From Squalus acanthias (lineage: Eukaryota), in assembly GCA_030390025.1 (NCBI GenBank), contig CM059432.1, positions 61,320,001-61,384,000 on the forward strand: DNA of 64,000 bases, in the 5' to 3' direction. Below are positions 12,913-26,510 of this stretch, one piece after another. The position numbers and the translations under genes are program-made. Under the pieces are notes generated by a model. It did not search any database. It saw nothing but the letters and a program-made list of their open reading frames with translations, and had not been told where the DNA came from. Positions within the stretch are counted from its first letter, which is position 1; every line of letters starts with the position of its first letter.

Positions 12913-15856
12913 GTATACTAAATTGCAGGAAGTACAAGTAAATCGCTGTTTCACCTGGAAGGGGTGTTTGGGGCCCTGGACAGTGGAAAGGGGGGAGGTA
13001 TAAGGGCATGTGTTACATCTCCTGCGCTTGCACGGGAAGGTGCCGGGCAAAGGGGAAGGGGTGCTAGGGATGGTAGAGGAGTGGACTAGGGTGTCGTGGA
13101 GGGAGCGGTCCCTGCGGAATGCTGAAAGGGGAGGTGAGGGGAAGATGCGTTTGGTGGTGGGATCACGCTGGAGGTGGCGGAAATGGTGGAGGATGATCCG
13201 CTGAATGTGGAGGCTGGTGGGGTGAAAGGTGAGGACAAGGGGAACTCTATCGTGGTTCCGGGAGGGAGGGGCAGGGGTGAGGGCGGAAGTGCGGGAGATA
13301 GAATGGACACGGTCGCGGGCCGTGTCAACCACAGTAGAGGGGAATCCTCGGTTGAGGAAAAAGGAAGACATGTCGGAAGCACTGGTATGGAAGGTGGCAT
13401 CGTCAGAGCAGATGCGGCGGAGACGGAGAAACTGGGAGAATGGAATAGAGTCCTTACAGGAGGCGGGGTGGGAGGAAGTGTAGTCCAGGTAGCTGTGGGA
13501 GTCAGTGGGCTTGTAGTGAATATTTGTCAATAACCTATCCCCAGAGATGGAGACGGAGAAGTCGAGGAAAGGAAGGGAAGAGTCGGAGATGGACCATGTG
13601 AAGGTGAGGGAAGGGTGGAAATTGGAAGCATAGTGAATGAAATTTTCTAGTTCAGGGCGAGAGCAGGAGACAGCACCGATACAGTTATCAATGTACCGGA
13701 AAAAGAGGTGAGGGAGGGGACCAGAGTAGGACTGGAACAAAGAGTGTTCCACATATCCCACGAAAAGGCAGGCATAGCTAGGACCCATGCGGGTACCCAT
13801 AGCAACACCTTTGATTTGGAGGAAATGAGTGGAGTCAAAGGAGAAGTTGTTCAATGTGAGAACAAGTTCAGCCAGGCGGAGGAGGGTGGTGGTGGATGGG
13901 GACTGGTTGGGCCTCTGTTCAAGGAAGAAGCGGAGCGCCCTCAGGCCATCCTGGTGGGGGATGGAGGTGTAGAGGGATTGTACGTCCAGTGAAAAGGAGG
14001 CGGTTGGGGCCAGGAAACTGTTAAAGTGGCGGAGGGCGTCGGAAGAGTCGCGGATGTAGGTGGAAAGAGACTGGACAAGGGGAGAAAAAATAGAGTTGAG
14101 ATAGGAAGAGATAAGTTCAGTGGGGCAAGAACAGGCTGAAACGATGGGTCTACCAGGGCAGTCCTGTTTGTGGATCTTGGGAAGGAGGTAGAAACGGGCT
14201 GTGCGGGGTTGAGGAACTATGAGGTTGGCGGCCGTGGGGGGGGAAGATCTCCAGAGGAGATGAGGTCAGTGACAGTCTTGGATACGGTGGCTTGATGTTC
14301 GGTAGTGGGGTCATGGTCCAGGTGGAGGTAGGAGGAGGTGTCGGAGAGTTGGCGTTCAGTTTCCGCTAGGTACCTTTTTAGAAGTTGGAGCCTGATTACA
14401 TCATTTGGATCCCAATGCGATTTTTACCCCAGGTCGCACAAGTCATGCACAGTGCTGGACCCCCCAGTAAAACCTGACAGCAGGCAGGATCGGGGCCAGA
14501 AGAGGTCCAGTTGAGTTACAATATTTCCGTTAATGTGGGTCCCGGGGGGGCAGCGGGTGAGGTGGGTGAAGAACAGAAGTCCTCCTCCAAGCTCCACAAG
14601 AAAACCATGGGCCTCTGGACCCCCCTTCACCACCTACCTTATGCCAGTGACCGTTCACCTGGGTTCCCGGCAGCGGCCTCTTGCCCGCTTCTGCCCTCCA
14701 AGCACCTCATCATTTCCACCTAGCGCGGGCGGGTGTGCTTCCTCCTACATGGTAATGAAGCCCGGTAGTTACAATTGTCCGAGCCACATGCTGGCGCCAT
14801 CATGGGTACTTCCTGCCTGCCCTAGCCTCCACATGCATGGAGATAAAAATCGGTGCTTTAGAAACTAAGTAGTATTGTCCCACTTTTAAAAAACAATCCA
14901 ATAGTTATTTTATAATTGGATATGAAAAGGTAGGTCAAAAGAGAAAAATTGGTTAACATCAACCACAATCAAGAAGTTAGAAGAGGTCCAATTTGAAGAC
15001 ATTGAGGACGGATCAGATGAATATGGTTTAGTACATGGAACAAATAACCAGACATCTCTGTACAGGGACAATGGTAAAAATGAAATGCAGCTGGTTGGAG
15101 ATTTCTTTGATTAATGCCATTTTGCGCATTAGACTAATTTGCCTATAATAAATATTTCAATAAAAGTACAAGGGAAAATAAGCACTCCAATATCTCTAAC
15201 ATCTAGGCATTAACTAGTCTACAATCTACAAGAAGTATAATTTAAAATCTAACACTTGGAATGAGTTAGGCAAGATAAAAAGTCTCTCAATTTTAACAGT
15301 ATTGCAAAGTAGAACTTGCTGAAATTAAAGATAGAATGATTTTTGACAACAATCTTATAGGACTCAGTTCCATTTCCATACCCAAGATGGTGGCAGATTT
15401 TCATTGTCATGCTCTTCATGATTTTGTAGTAGCGACCTCATGTATTTTCTAATCACCAGTTCACTGTTGCACAATAGCCCGAGCTAAATCTCACCTGTTT
15501 CTTCACTACAGCTTCTGCCCTTTTACGAACTCAACTTCACAGATAATAATAGAGCTAGGTTTGTGGATGGATGGACAACTAAAAGGTTTGACCCCCATCT
15601 CCTTCCTGGCAGAATTTTTGTGCAGTGTATACTTTGAAACAACTTTGCATTTCAGATTAACACCTTAGCTTTTATTAAACAAACTGGCTAACAAAGACAG
15701 GGCATATTCTGCATGGCAAGTAAAGCTGAGACTGCGGTATGATATTATTCACATCAGTTTACAAAAGAACTTCAAGTTTTATATTTTTTATACACTGTGG
15801 TTTTCTTTATTAAAACTGTGATCCATTAAGTTGACCAAGGACATAGTTAAAAAAAA

Positions 15857-16055
15857 ATAGAATCATAGAAACTTACAGCACAGAAGGAGGCCATTTGGCC
15901 GGTCATGCCTGTGCTGGCTCTTTGAAAGAGTAGTCATGCTTAGTCCCACACCCCCACTTTTTTTCCATAATCCTGCAAGTTCCTCATCCTCAAGTACCTG
16001 TCCAACTCCCTTTTAAAATTATTTATGGAATCAGCTTCCACCACTTTTTCAGGTA
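15857..16055 (-). mobile_element. CR1 3'-end fragment
   Basis: ATAGAATCATAGAAAC...GGAGGCCATTTGGCC tail, similar to 19822-20250. Confidence 0.65.
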
Positions 16056-16855
16056 GAGAGTCATACTTCTGCCCAGTTAACCATCCTGTCTATGTTATCC
16101 TGAAGTCTACAACTCTCATCACTATCTACTACGTTGCCAAGTTTCGTATCATCTACAAACTTTATAATGCTGCTCCCTACACCCAAGTCTATGTAAGATG
16201 GCCACTATATTAAACTAACATGTAAAATGGCCACTATATTAAATTGGGAAACTGTTGCTAGATTAAACTGATCAAGTGGGTCTCCGGTCTTAAGGTCCAC
16301 TGACTAAACTGATCAAGTGAGATTAGCACACAATTGACCATCTGATTGCAGCCACGATAATTCAGAACATAAATATGAGGGTAGTGAGAGATCTCAGCAC
16401 TGTAGTCAAGAACGAATCCTTGGTTTGGTCACCAAGTTGAGGCATCTAGGGCAAGGTAACCTGACCAGCACTTGAGTCTTGGTAGCATAAACCGGAACCC
16501 TCAAGGTATTTACTCTGTGTATGTTGTGCTATAATTGTATTTATCTAACTTGAGTTAGACGAATAAAAAAGTGTCAATGGTTAATCAGACATTGTGTGTA
16601 TGTGTCTGTAATTCCTGGAGTCACGAACATTGTAACGTAGGGTAAAGGCACGCTCCTTTTTGCCTACACTAGGTCGTTTATAAAAATTGAAAAGAGTAAT
16701 GGGTCAAAAACTGACACTTGGGGAACACCACTGCAAACCACTTCCCAGACTCAAAAACATCCATCCACCACCACCCTATGTTTCCGGTCACGGAGCCAAT
16801 TCCGTATCCATACCGCCACATTCCCCTGGACTCCATGGGCACCACACTTCATGAA
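16056..16855 (-). mobile_element. Old CR1 RT fragment split by an LTR-like insert
   Basis: Minus strand carries SGVPQVSVF and KFVDDTKL remnants on either side of 16192-16668. Confidence 0.6.
16192..16668 (+). mobile_element. Probable solo LTR (477 bp)
   Basis: TGTA...TACA termini; CTA on both flanks; AATAAA at 16562; interrupts CR1 RT sequence cleanly. Confidence 0.6.
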
Positions 16856-17408
16856 AAGTAGAATGTATTTAAACAGTTGTCTGCATTTCTGGATAGCTCT
16901 GAACAATCAGGTTCTAAAAATTAATATTGTTATAATTATTGCTCAAAGAAAATTGCACTTGCTCTAAATCAATGTGGATCTATTATGAAAATTATACACA
17001 GTAAAAGTGGTACCTTGTGGAGGACTCAATATAACAGGTGACTGCAACAGTGTTTCAAACCCCACTTTCAATTTCCCACACTGCAGCCTCTCAATGGGAG
17101 TAAATAAGATATATTTTCTGAAGCAGCTTAATTTCAAAATCCAAATGTCATTCCAATGATATGTACACACAATATACGGAGTGATCTAACTGTCCATATA
17201 ATGGATATCCAGGGTTGCTAGAGACTGGGATGTTTATTAAAAGAGCCCAGTAAGATTCTTTAGACCATTCCCGTCCCATTTTCTTTTTTTCTGCGGTGAC
17301 TTACCTGTTCAGAAACCTTTGTGGCAAACATTGTGGTACAGCTGCAATATTGCTACATTGAGCTTTCCCAGGAGAATAGCCCTTTATATCTACTATCAAG
17401 AGAAAGAA

Positions 17409-19615
17409 GGACCAACAGTAGCATAGTGGTTATGTTATTGGACTAATAATCCAGAAGCCTAGACTAATGATCTGGAGATGTGAGTTCAAATCCCACCACA
17501 GCAACTGGGGAATTTAAATTCAGTTAATTAAATAAATCAGGAATAAAAAACTTGTATCAGTAATGGCAACCATAAATCGATCGGATTGTCGTAAAAACCC
17601 CATCTGGTTCACTAATGCCCTTTAGGGAAGGAAATCTGCCGTCCTTACCTGGTCTGGTCTATATGTGACTCCAAACCCACAGTAAAGTGGTTGACTCTTA
17701 ACTGCCCTCTGAAATGGCCTAGCAAACCACTAGCAGTTGTAAAAAAACGCTATGAAAAACAATAAGAATGAAACGGGACCGACCACCGGCACCGACTACG
17801 GACCCGGCACACCCAGCCCAGTCGCCCACTCCTCACTAACACCTCACTTGTGCCCATGAAGTCTCATGGGCAAGGAAACCTCCTGCTGATTACCATCCCT
17901 CTGCTGATGAATCAGTACTTAGAAGGAGATCTACCATCCTTACCTGGTCTGATCTATATTAACTCCAGACACTCACCAATCTACCTGTCGCAGATGCATC
18001 TGTCCATGACAGCACTGGTAGTAGTGACCACCGCACAGTCACTGCGGAGACGAAGACCCGTCTTCTCACTGAGGACACTCTCCATCGTGTTGTGTGGCAC
18101 TACCACCGTGATATCAAGAAACGGCTGAGCGTACTGGATACAGCAAAGGCTGTGGGCCCCGACAACATCCCAGCTGTTGTGCTGAAGACTTGTGCTCCAG
18201 AAACAGCTATAACACTGGCATCTATCCAACAATATAGAAAACTGCCCAGGTATGTCTGTCCACAAAAAGCAGGACAAATCCAATCCAGCCAATTACCACC
18301 CCATCTGTCTAATCTCAATCATCAGCAAAGTGATGGAAGGTGTTGTCGACAGTGCTATCAAGCAGCACTTACTCACCAATAACCTACTCACTGATGCCCA
18401 GTTTGGGTTCCGCTGAGACCACTCAGCTCCAGGCCTCTTTACAGCTTTGGTCCAAAAGAGGTGAGGGGAGTGACTGCCCTTGACATCAAGGCAGCATTTG
18501 ACCGAGCGTGGCATCGAGGAACCCTAGTAAAACTGAAGTCAATGAGAATCAGGCGGAAAACTCTCCACTGGCTGGAGTCATACCTAGCACAAAGGAAGAT
18601 GGTTGTGCTCGTTGGAGGTCAATCACCACAGCCCCAGGAGTTCCTCAGGGCAGTGTCCTAGGCCCAACCATCTTCAGCTGCTTCATCAATGACCTTCCCT
18701 CCATCATAAGGTCAGAAGTGGAGATGTTCGCTGATGACTGCACAGTGTTCAGTGCCATTCGCAACTTTTCAGAAAATGAAGCAGTCCATGCCCACATGCA
18801 GCAAGACCTGGATGACATTCAGGCTTGGGCTGATAAGTGGCAGGTAACATTCGCACCACACAAGTGCCAGGCAATGACTATCTCCAACAAGCTAACCACC
18901 GCCCCTTGACATTCAACGGCATTACCATCGCCGAATCCCCCACCATCAATATCATGGGGGTCACCATTGACCAGAAACTGAACTGGACCAGCCACATAAA
19001 TACTGTGGCAACTAGAGCAGGTCAGAGGCTGGGTATTCTGCAGCAAGTGTCTCACCTCCTGACTCCCCAAAGCCTTTCCACCATCCACAAGTCAGGAGTG
19101 TGATGGGATACTCTCTACTTGCCTGGATGAGTGCAGCTCCAACAACACTCAAGAAGCTCGACACCATCCAAGACAAAGCAGCCCGCTTGATTGGCACCCC
19201 CTCCACCAGCTTAAACATTCACGCCATCCACCACCGGCGTACCATGGCTGCAGTGTGTACCGTCTACAAGATGCACTGCAGCAACTCGCCAAGGCTTCTT
19301 CGGCAGCACCTCCCAAACCCGCGACCTCTACCACCTAGAAGGACAAGGGCAACAGGCGCATGGGACCACCACCACCTCCAAATTCCCCTCCAAGTCACAC
19401 ACCATCCTGACTTGGAAGTATATCGCTGTTCTTTCATCATAGCTGGGTCAAAATCCTGGAACTCCCTCCCTAACAGCACTGTGGGAGTACCTTCACCACA
19501 AGGACTGCAGCGGTTCAAGAGGCCAGCTCACCACCACCTTCTCAAGGGCAACTAGGGATGGGCAATAAATGCTGGCCTTGCCAGCAACACCCACATCCCA
19601 TGAACAAATTTTTAA
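17409..19615 (+). mobile_element. tRNA-headed CR1-group LINE, internally deleted copy
   Basis: A box TAGCATAGTGG 17419-17429, B box GAGTTCAAATCC 17482-17493, then endonuclease and RT remnants ([15 protein letters not shown]); homologous to 50478-53741. Confidence 0.88.
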
Positions 19616-19821
19616 AAAGGGATGTCCGACACCTCAGGCTGCAGCAGAGACACACTCCAATCACCTGCAAGAGGCGCATATACCTCCATTTGTCAGAGGA
19701 GTGTGAACATACAAACTTGACAGGCAGCAAAAGACCAGCTGGTCCATCAAGCCTGTCCCACTAGTGTAAAGTAGTGCCTGTAGAGGCTGCGATGACACAA
19801 TTGAATTACGGCCTGAGCAAA

Positions 19822-20250
19822 TCATAGAATGGTTACAGCACAAAAGGAGGCCATTCGGCCCATCAAGCCCGTGCTGGCTGTCTGCAAGAGCACTTCAGTT
19901 AGTCCCACTCCCACATCCTTTCTTCATAGCCCTGCAAATTTTTCCCCTTCAGGTACTTATCCAATTCCCTTTTGAAGCCACGACTGAATCTACCTCCAAC
20001 ACCCTCTTGAGAAGTGCATTCCAAATCCTAACCACTCGCTGCGTAAAAAGTTTTTCCTCATGTCGCCATTGGTTCTTTTGCCAATCACCTTAAATCTGTG
20101 TCCTCTGGTTCTTGACCCTTCTGCCAATGGGAACAGTTTCTCTATCTACCCTGTCTAGAGTTCTCATGATTTTGAACACCACTATCAAATCTCCTCTCAA
20201 CTTTCTCTGCACTAAAGGAGAACAACCCCAGCTTCTCTAATCTATCCACA
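19822..20250 (-). mobile_element. CR1 3'-end fragment
   Basis: ATCATAGAATGGTTACAGCAC...GGCCATTCGGCC tail plus ORF2 C-terminal sequence. Confidence 0.75.
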
Positions 20251-23200
20251 TTGCAAATCTGCAGTCAAACTCCACAACACGCATCAAGGTCATAAATGCC
20301 CTTAATTTTTATGCATAAGGATCATTTTGGGATGTCACAGGGAACATCAGCTATATAAGCCAATCACTTATCCATAGATAGGTGAGGCAACTAAATGATG
20401 GCATGTTTGCTTGGGCATGCTGCAGAATATGCCCTGCAAAGAGGCATCAACATGGGGGTCCCAAAGCATGAGCTTGAAAAAGCTGCACAACCGAGCCAGA
20501 TGCCAGCTGCAACAGCCATGCAGCAAGTTCTCATACAAGTCACGTCTTACAATCAAATATCGCAGCTTCATTGACAGTTATGTATACATGTTCCCACACC
20601 CTCTGCAAATATGCCTTTACCTATAGTATATAAAAGCTCACAAATATCACATTCATGCCATCTGATATGAAACATACTCACCAGCTTTTGCAACAACACT
20701 ATCTGCACACAGCTTCAGTACAATATTTTTTTTTAATGTCAAGCCATGTTGTGTGTCTGGTGCCTCGTGTTTGCTTCCAAATTTCTTCCTACTTGTGACA
20801 AGTACGTTAGAAATATGTTCTTAATCTTAGCCTTGTGCTTCTATTTGGTGCTATCACAGTGGCAGGAGTATGCGAAGTCAGTGGCTGCAGTATCTGTATA
20901 AAAGCTTCTTGAGATTAAGGCGGCCCTCATCACCCATGTCTTGGGATGGACCTGCTCCAAGCTGTACCACTTCCACTACTGCATGGGCAGCTTGGGCCCA
21001 TTTGGTTTCTGCCACATGTGCATGGGGGTCCAGAGAGACAGCAGTCATCAGTGCACATTCCAGCAATACCCCTGCTGTTGGCTTGCCTCACCATGACTGC
21101 TAAACTGCATGACAGTGCAAGATCAATGAAGCCCTGCCTGGTTACTATCACTAAATGATTCCAAAACCTGTAGAAACCAGAGATAGCACGTTCCACTTTG
21201 GAACTACGGCAGCAGTTCCAGCATCCAAGGGGAAACAAAATCAACTACCCTTGGTCCCTTTGGTGTTGGGGGAAGTGGAGCACACTCAGTTGCAGATATC
21301 CCTGGAGTTGTCAAACATTCCAGTGTTGCAAAACAGTCATGCAACGCTGCACACATAGAGCTAAGGACTCCTCCAGCTGCAGCAAACTGGTTGGCACAGC
21401 CCCAATGAGTGCACCAAGCTTAAAGCTCAGAAAGTATCCTTCTTTTAATAACAACAGGTCCCACGAGGTCCAGGCTCAGCAGCCAAGGTGGGACACAAGC
21501 TGACCCTCCGGACAGCAAGTTCTTCCTCCAGCTCTACCACCACCAGCTGCTTCTGCTCTCTTGTGCTGTATGCATCAACAGTGCACTCCCCTTTAGCTAA
21601 ATATCCAATTCCCTAAGGGCAGATATAACGGAGCTGATACCTGGGATGGATAGTGAGTGATGTTGTGTACTGTGAAGTGCTGGCATGCCTAGATCTACTA
21701 AAGCCTAGCTCTATTTCCTGTGGCATAATTACCAAAAAAAGGAAGACAGGTTACAATGGTGTCTTTTTGAGCAGCTTTCACATATAGCTTTCAATAGAAA
21801 GAGTGACATGGTAAAAGGCTTTAATATGCATTTATTATACATAAGGGAATTAGAGAAAAGGATGAAAAGGAAGAACAGGAGAAAGTAGTCACAAACCCTG
21901 AGCTGGCACTCCTACTTCCCCAGCTCTAGCACTCGCTCTGCCTTGCTTTCTCAGGATGTCCAGAACTTCCTCCTCCTATGGGGTTAGAGGTCAAATGTCA
22001 GGGGTCTGCCTCTTCTGCACATTCTCTCTCATTAAGAGCTATCAAAGTAGAAGGAAGGAGTGCCATTTCTCAAGATGGCATGCACTGATTCCTATGGCCT
22101 TCATGCTGACCCAAGAGTGAGTGTGATGGTATGTAGCAGAAACATTTAATATCAGATTAGATGGCAAGATATATGCAAGGCCATGAATAAAGAACAGTTG
22201 CAGGTGAAGGCTGGGCCTTTGTGGTAAAATTTGAAAGAAGTTGAAGTGTAAGGGGGAGATAATTGTAAGTGCCATACATGCTTACTACACTGTACTAATG
22301 GAAGATCAAGGTGCATTCTCCTACCTTGGTTAACCGGGTAGGGTCTTCTTTCAGCAGTGTTTTCAGTTGCACAGTGTGGTGGAAGTGACATCCACACCTG
22401 CTCTGCTCTTCTTGGTAGCAAGCAATTTCTTGACAAATAACAGGTGAACTCCCAATCACATATTTTCTACACCAGGAGCGTGACCGCAGTATTACAGAGG
22501 AGGCTGATGCTGGAAATACACATGCAGGTCAGCGCATTACTGGCTAAATTCAGCAATCCCCTGAACCCACTGCAAAAGGGATCACGAGAGAGAGGTAGGG
22601 CCATATATGGGCACGGAATAACCACATTTATGCACATGTATCAAGCAGGTGAATCATAGAAAATGCAGTCGTGCAAAAATGGGGTAGGAACCTGCTCTTT
22701 TCTGCGCCCATCAAAAATGACGACCGTAATGGGGGCAGGCGCACAATATGCAAACTCATTTGTGGGCAGACATGTTATTGCAACGTGCAAATGGGGTCAA
22801 TACTTCATAAATTGTATTTTCTATTTCTTGCATCTTAGCAATCATTGTATTAGAGAAAGTCATTTTTCAAAACCAAATACTTTATTTTATTTTTTTTAGA
22901 AACTCTCAAGCCTGGACCGCAGGCTCAATTACACAGTGAATTTCATCAGCCCAACCGAGGATGACACCACATCAGCACTGTAAAAGGGCGCCGGTACCTG
23001 CCCAAAGTATTTAAAAGCCATGACCCCCAAGAAATGGGCCAGGGAAGGGCTGAAGCATGGCAACACACTAGAACCGCTCCAGTGACTCCTGAGCAATATT
23101 CAGCCGGAGTAAGTTTATCTTTCTTCCAACAAAATTCTGGTGTTCAAGTGCTGTCGCCAGTTTCTATGACACGGAGGGGTACGAAAAGTACCACCTAATA

Positions 23201-23534
23201 TGGTCCGACAACAGAAAGGGCTGTCTGATTAATGGTTATTAAAAAAAGCCTATATAATGATGCCCAATAATTGAGATGCACCTTGAATAAGAGCACAATG
23301 TTTCCATAAGCTAAAAAAAAAAATTAGCCCCTCTTATAAGTCGGGAAAGAGATTGCCACAACGCAACATCCCACAAGAAATCACACAAATTTCTACTTGT
23401 AGTGCAGGTACTGTCCTTTCCAGCCAGTTGGGTGGTGAGCTGATGGAAAATTCAGGCAGTGAGGCCTACCAACAGTTCCACCATGATCCCATTCCATTTC
23501 GGGCAGGGGCATGGAGAATTCCCACATCAGTAAA

Positions 23535-23870
23535 AACCAACAACCACTTGCATTTATATAGCACCATTAACATAGTAAAACGGCCCAAAGCACTTCACAG
23601 GAGCACGTTCAGACAAAATTTGACACAGAGCCACATAAGGAGATATTAGGACAGGTGTCCAAAAGCTTGGTTTTAAGGAGCATCTTAAAAGGAAGAGAGA
23701 GAGGTAGAGAGAAGGAGAGGCTTCGGGAGGGAATTTCAGAGCTTAGGGCCTAGGCAGCTGAAGACAAGGTCGTCAATGGTGGAACGCTGAAAATCGGGGA
23801 TGCGCAAGAGGCAAGTGGAGGAGCACAGAGATCTCTGTGCGTTGTAGAGCTGGAGGAGGTTAGAGATAGG
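23535..23870 (-). mobile_element. L2 LINE 3' fragment
   Basis: Homologous to 47400-47750 (+) and 61485-62190 (-); CAAC...TTGCATTTATATAGCACC tail. Confidence 0.8.
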
Positions 23871-24249
23871 GGTGTGTAATGTTTTTGTTGCAAGTCAGGA
23901 ACGTGATAGATCACTTCAGTAATTTAACTCTATTACAGAAATGTCTAAACTGCCCTTTTGTTCAGGCTGCAGCAGTGACCATTACAAACCAGATTCAGTC
24001 TCAGTGAGCAATGCAATGGGAGATTTACTAGTCTACTTTAAATACATTTAAAGAACAGCAAGAAAACTGCAGATTACAGAAATAAAGTCTATCATTGCAA
24101 AATTGAAAACAATTTTCAGAAAACAGAAGAAATCAGTGATCCTTCGTCCAATTGTAAAATTAAAAAGAAGAGGGAATGGAAGCTCAAACAAGTAAAATAA
24201 TCACTTATGTGAATGAAGACCACTTGGTTAATAGTTCATTTTCTTACAG

Positions 24250-24460
24250 TAGGGTGCCATGGTTTTGCATATAGTCCTTTCACCTCTGGGACCAGCAACC
24301 AAATCCTCCTCTGTCTGTTAGCTATACTGCCCTTGTGTGAAATCAGTACTGTCAGTTTCAACCAAGTTCCTAATGGGCACAACCTATAAACTAAATCTCA
24401 CGCAGGTCAGGAGTTTGGCTGATATGAGAATTGGAAACATTTATTCTGGTGGAGTAGTTG
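24250..24460 (+). mobile_element. Ancient SINE relic resembling LF-SINE
   Basis: CCTTTCACCTCTGGGAC and GTGTGAAATCAGT...AGTTCCTAATGGGCA resemble my recollection of the LF-SINE consensus. Confidence 0.4.
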
Positions 24461-25950
24461 TTGATTTTGGGAGGTTGCAAGTAAGGCACACGATTGACGC
24501 TATGCAGGTGCCCAATGGGAGACACATTGCAAATAAATCAAAATTTGCACTGCTTCCAAGATAAAATTTGGTCCTATTCTTCTACCAAGCTCAATTTTAT
24601 TCTTCATATATTTGAGCAGATTCTATCAAAAAGCCTGTGAGTATAAGCAAAATGCTCTGCAGATTACAGTTGCCCTCTCCAGCATAGCTTGTCTTGCTTC
24701 TCCTCAAAACGTTGCCTGTTCATAGTTTTCAGCATCATTGTGATAAGCAAGGATTCATCCAGTTTCAAATCATAATTCTATAAATTTTATTTTTATATAA
24801 AATTTTAGCTTGACGAAAATTGGCAAAACTGAATTGGTTTGTCTAAACTTCCAACTGAAAAAAGTTTGCTATCTCCCTCTCTGTATACGAGAGTTTACAT
24901 CACTCCATCTTAAAACATTACGCTGTTAAATCCCCCCATAGCCCTTTGAACCATAACTAAATCAAATCAGTAGGCTCAGCTACTCCCAATGCATTGCGTG
25001 CATCTGCACCACACTGAACCGATCACACAATGAGGTCAGCTAATTTAAATATCTAAGTGCCATTCTGCGCATGGCGCACTGCAAACATCACAAGAGTTGG
25101 AGGCAAGAATGCCAAGCACCAGCAATTATTGAAAATATGCTACCCATTAGCAAGAGTGCTACCATTTTTAAAATAATATGATGTATATATAAATAAATGG
25201 TTTGACACAAACCAGCCACCTTCAATCGGAAAGATTGATCAAGGAAGGGTGGCTGCATTAAGAGAGGACAACCCAGGAACTAAAGTACAATTTTCCCCCC
25301 CCCACAAGCATATGCTCAAGCGCCAGTCACAAATGGATGCTGAGCAACTGGCATTTCGGCCATATTATAGGACTTCGGCCGAATATGAATGAAAATTGGG
25401 AGCTTAATGAGCCTTGCTCACAGTGAGTACACAGGCTCTTAACACTCAAAGTGTTTGCAACCAGCACAATGGGATATTATGCTCATCGGAGCTGAATAGG
25501 CCTCAGATCTTAATGCTAGATAGTACTACAGCCAGAAGCTGCAAGGATCTGGGATAAATATGACAAGCTTTCCCTAGTTCAGTTCATGCAGGTCCATTAC
25601 ATGCACAGATCACTTTAATGAGCTAGGAACTAATAAACACAACATTGTGTGCTTAGATAAAAATTACTTTAAAAGAACTTGGTTATTTTGGTTTGCGCAC
25701 ATCGGTAAAAGGTTAAATAATGGATAGTCATCTAATCTACTGATTGGCTTTTGCTTCTAGATAATTTTACTTCTTAATAAATAATATTTAACATTTAGCC
25801 TGAGCTTTGTGGTCTGGCAGCATGGTTTGAAGAGATCTGGAGCACATAAGCATGTTATTTCCAGTGCAAACCCAGCGTAAAATTGCTTCTTTAGATTGGT
25901 GTTAATTTTTGTCTGATTATGCTTCTGTGAAGTGCCTTGGGATTTATTTT

Positions 25951-26261
25951 CACAGAATCCCCACAGTGCAGATAGAGGCCATTTCGGCCCATCGAGCCTG
26001 CACCGACACATATCCCACCCTATCCCCGTAACCCCACGTATTTAATCCCCGTAACACTAAGGGTCAATTTATCATAGCCAAATCAACCTAACCTGCACAT
26101 CTTTGGACTGTGGGAGGAAACCAGAGCACCCGGAGGAAACCCACGCAGACACGGGGAGAATGTGCAAACTCCACACAGACAGTCACCCGAGGCCAGATTT
26201 GAACCCGGGTCCCTGGCGCTGTGAGGCAACAGTGCTAACCACTATGCCACCGTGTTGCCAC
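25951..26261 (-). mobile_element. tRNA-derived SINE (HE1/V-SINE-like)
   Basis: Same head and core as 12495-12912; TSD TTATTTT at 25944-25950 and 26262-26268; sits in an L2-type tail remnant. Confidence 0.9.
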
Positions 26262-26510
26262 TTATTTTGCTTAAGTTAAAGGCGCTACATAAATGCAAGT
26301 TGTTATTTTATAGTTACCCGGCAGCAAATCTACCCGATATTTCACACACAGGGAGGCAGGCTCACTTATGGAAGCTGACTTTTGCACAAAGTATTGGGAA
26401 GTAGCCCAATTTGCTATTCATCCATTACTTTTCATCACAAATCAGCCCCTCAAAATAAATTACTGTTGAATTGTGACTTTCTAGTTACACCACAGATGGT
26501 ACGAGTATAT

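Larger units (their letters stand above)
11800..14376 (-). mobile_element. Penelope-like retroelement (RT + GIY-YIG endonuclease), 5'-truncated
   Basis: QIKGVAMGTRMGPSYA and FRYIDN (RT); NLVY/CIRCSRCGLLYNGETKRRLGDRFAEH (GIY-YIG); 13-bp TSD TTTAGAAGTTGGA at 11787-11799 and 14377-14389. Confidence 0.92.
11645..14857. mobile_element. Degenerate MITE-like host element split by the Penelope insertion
   Basis: Imperfect inverted ends GCAGATTTTATCC and GGAGATAAAAATCGGTGC; halves at 11645-11799 and 14377-14857. Confidence 0.45.

Noticed and set aside
19620..21600. Possible further Harbinger remnants (RRIYLHLSEE and ISQS-like pieces); similar hints at 3340-3870
   Set aside because: Too degraded to fix boundaries or identity.
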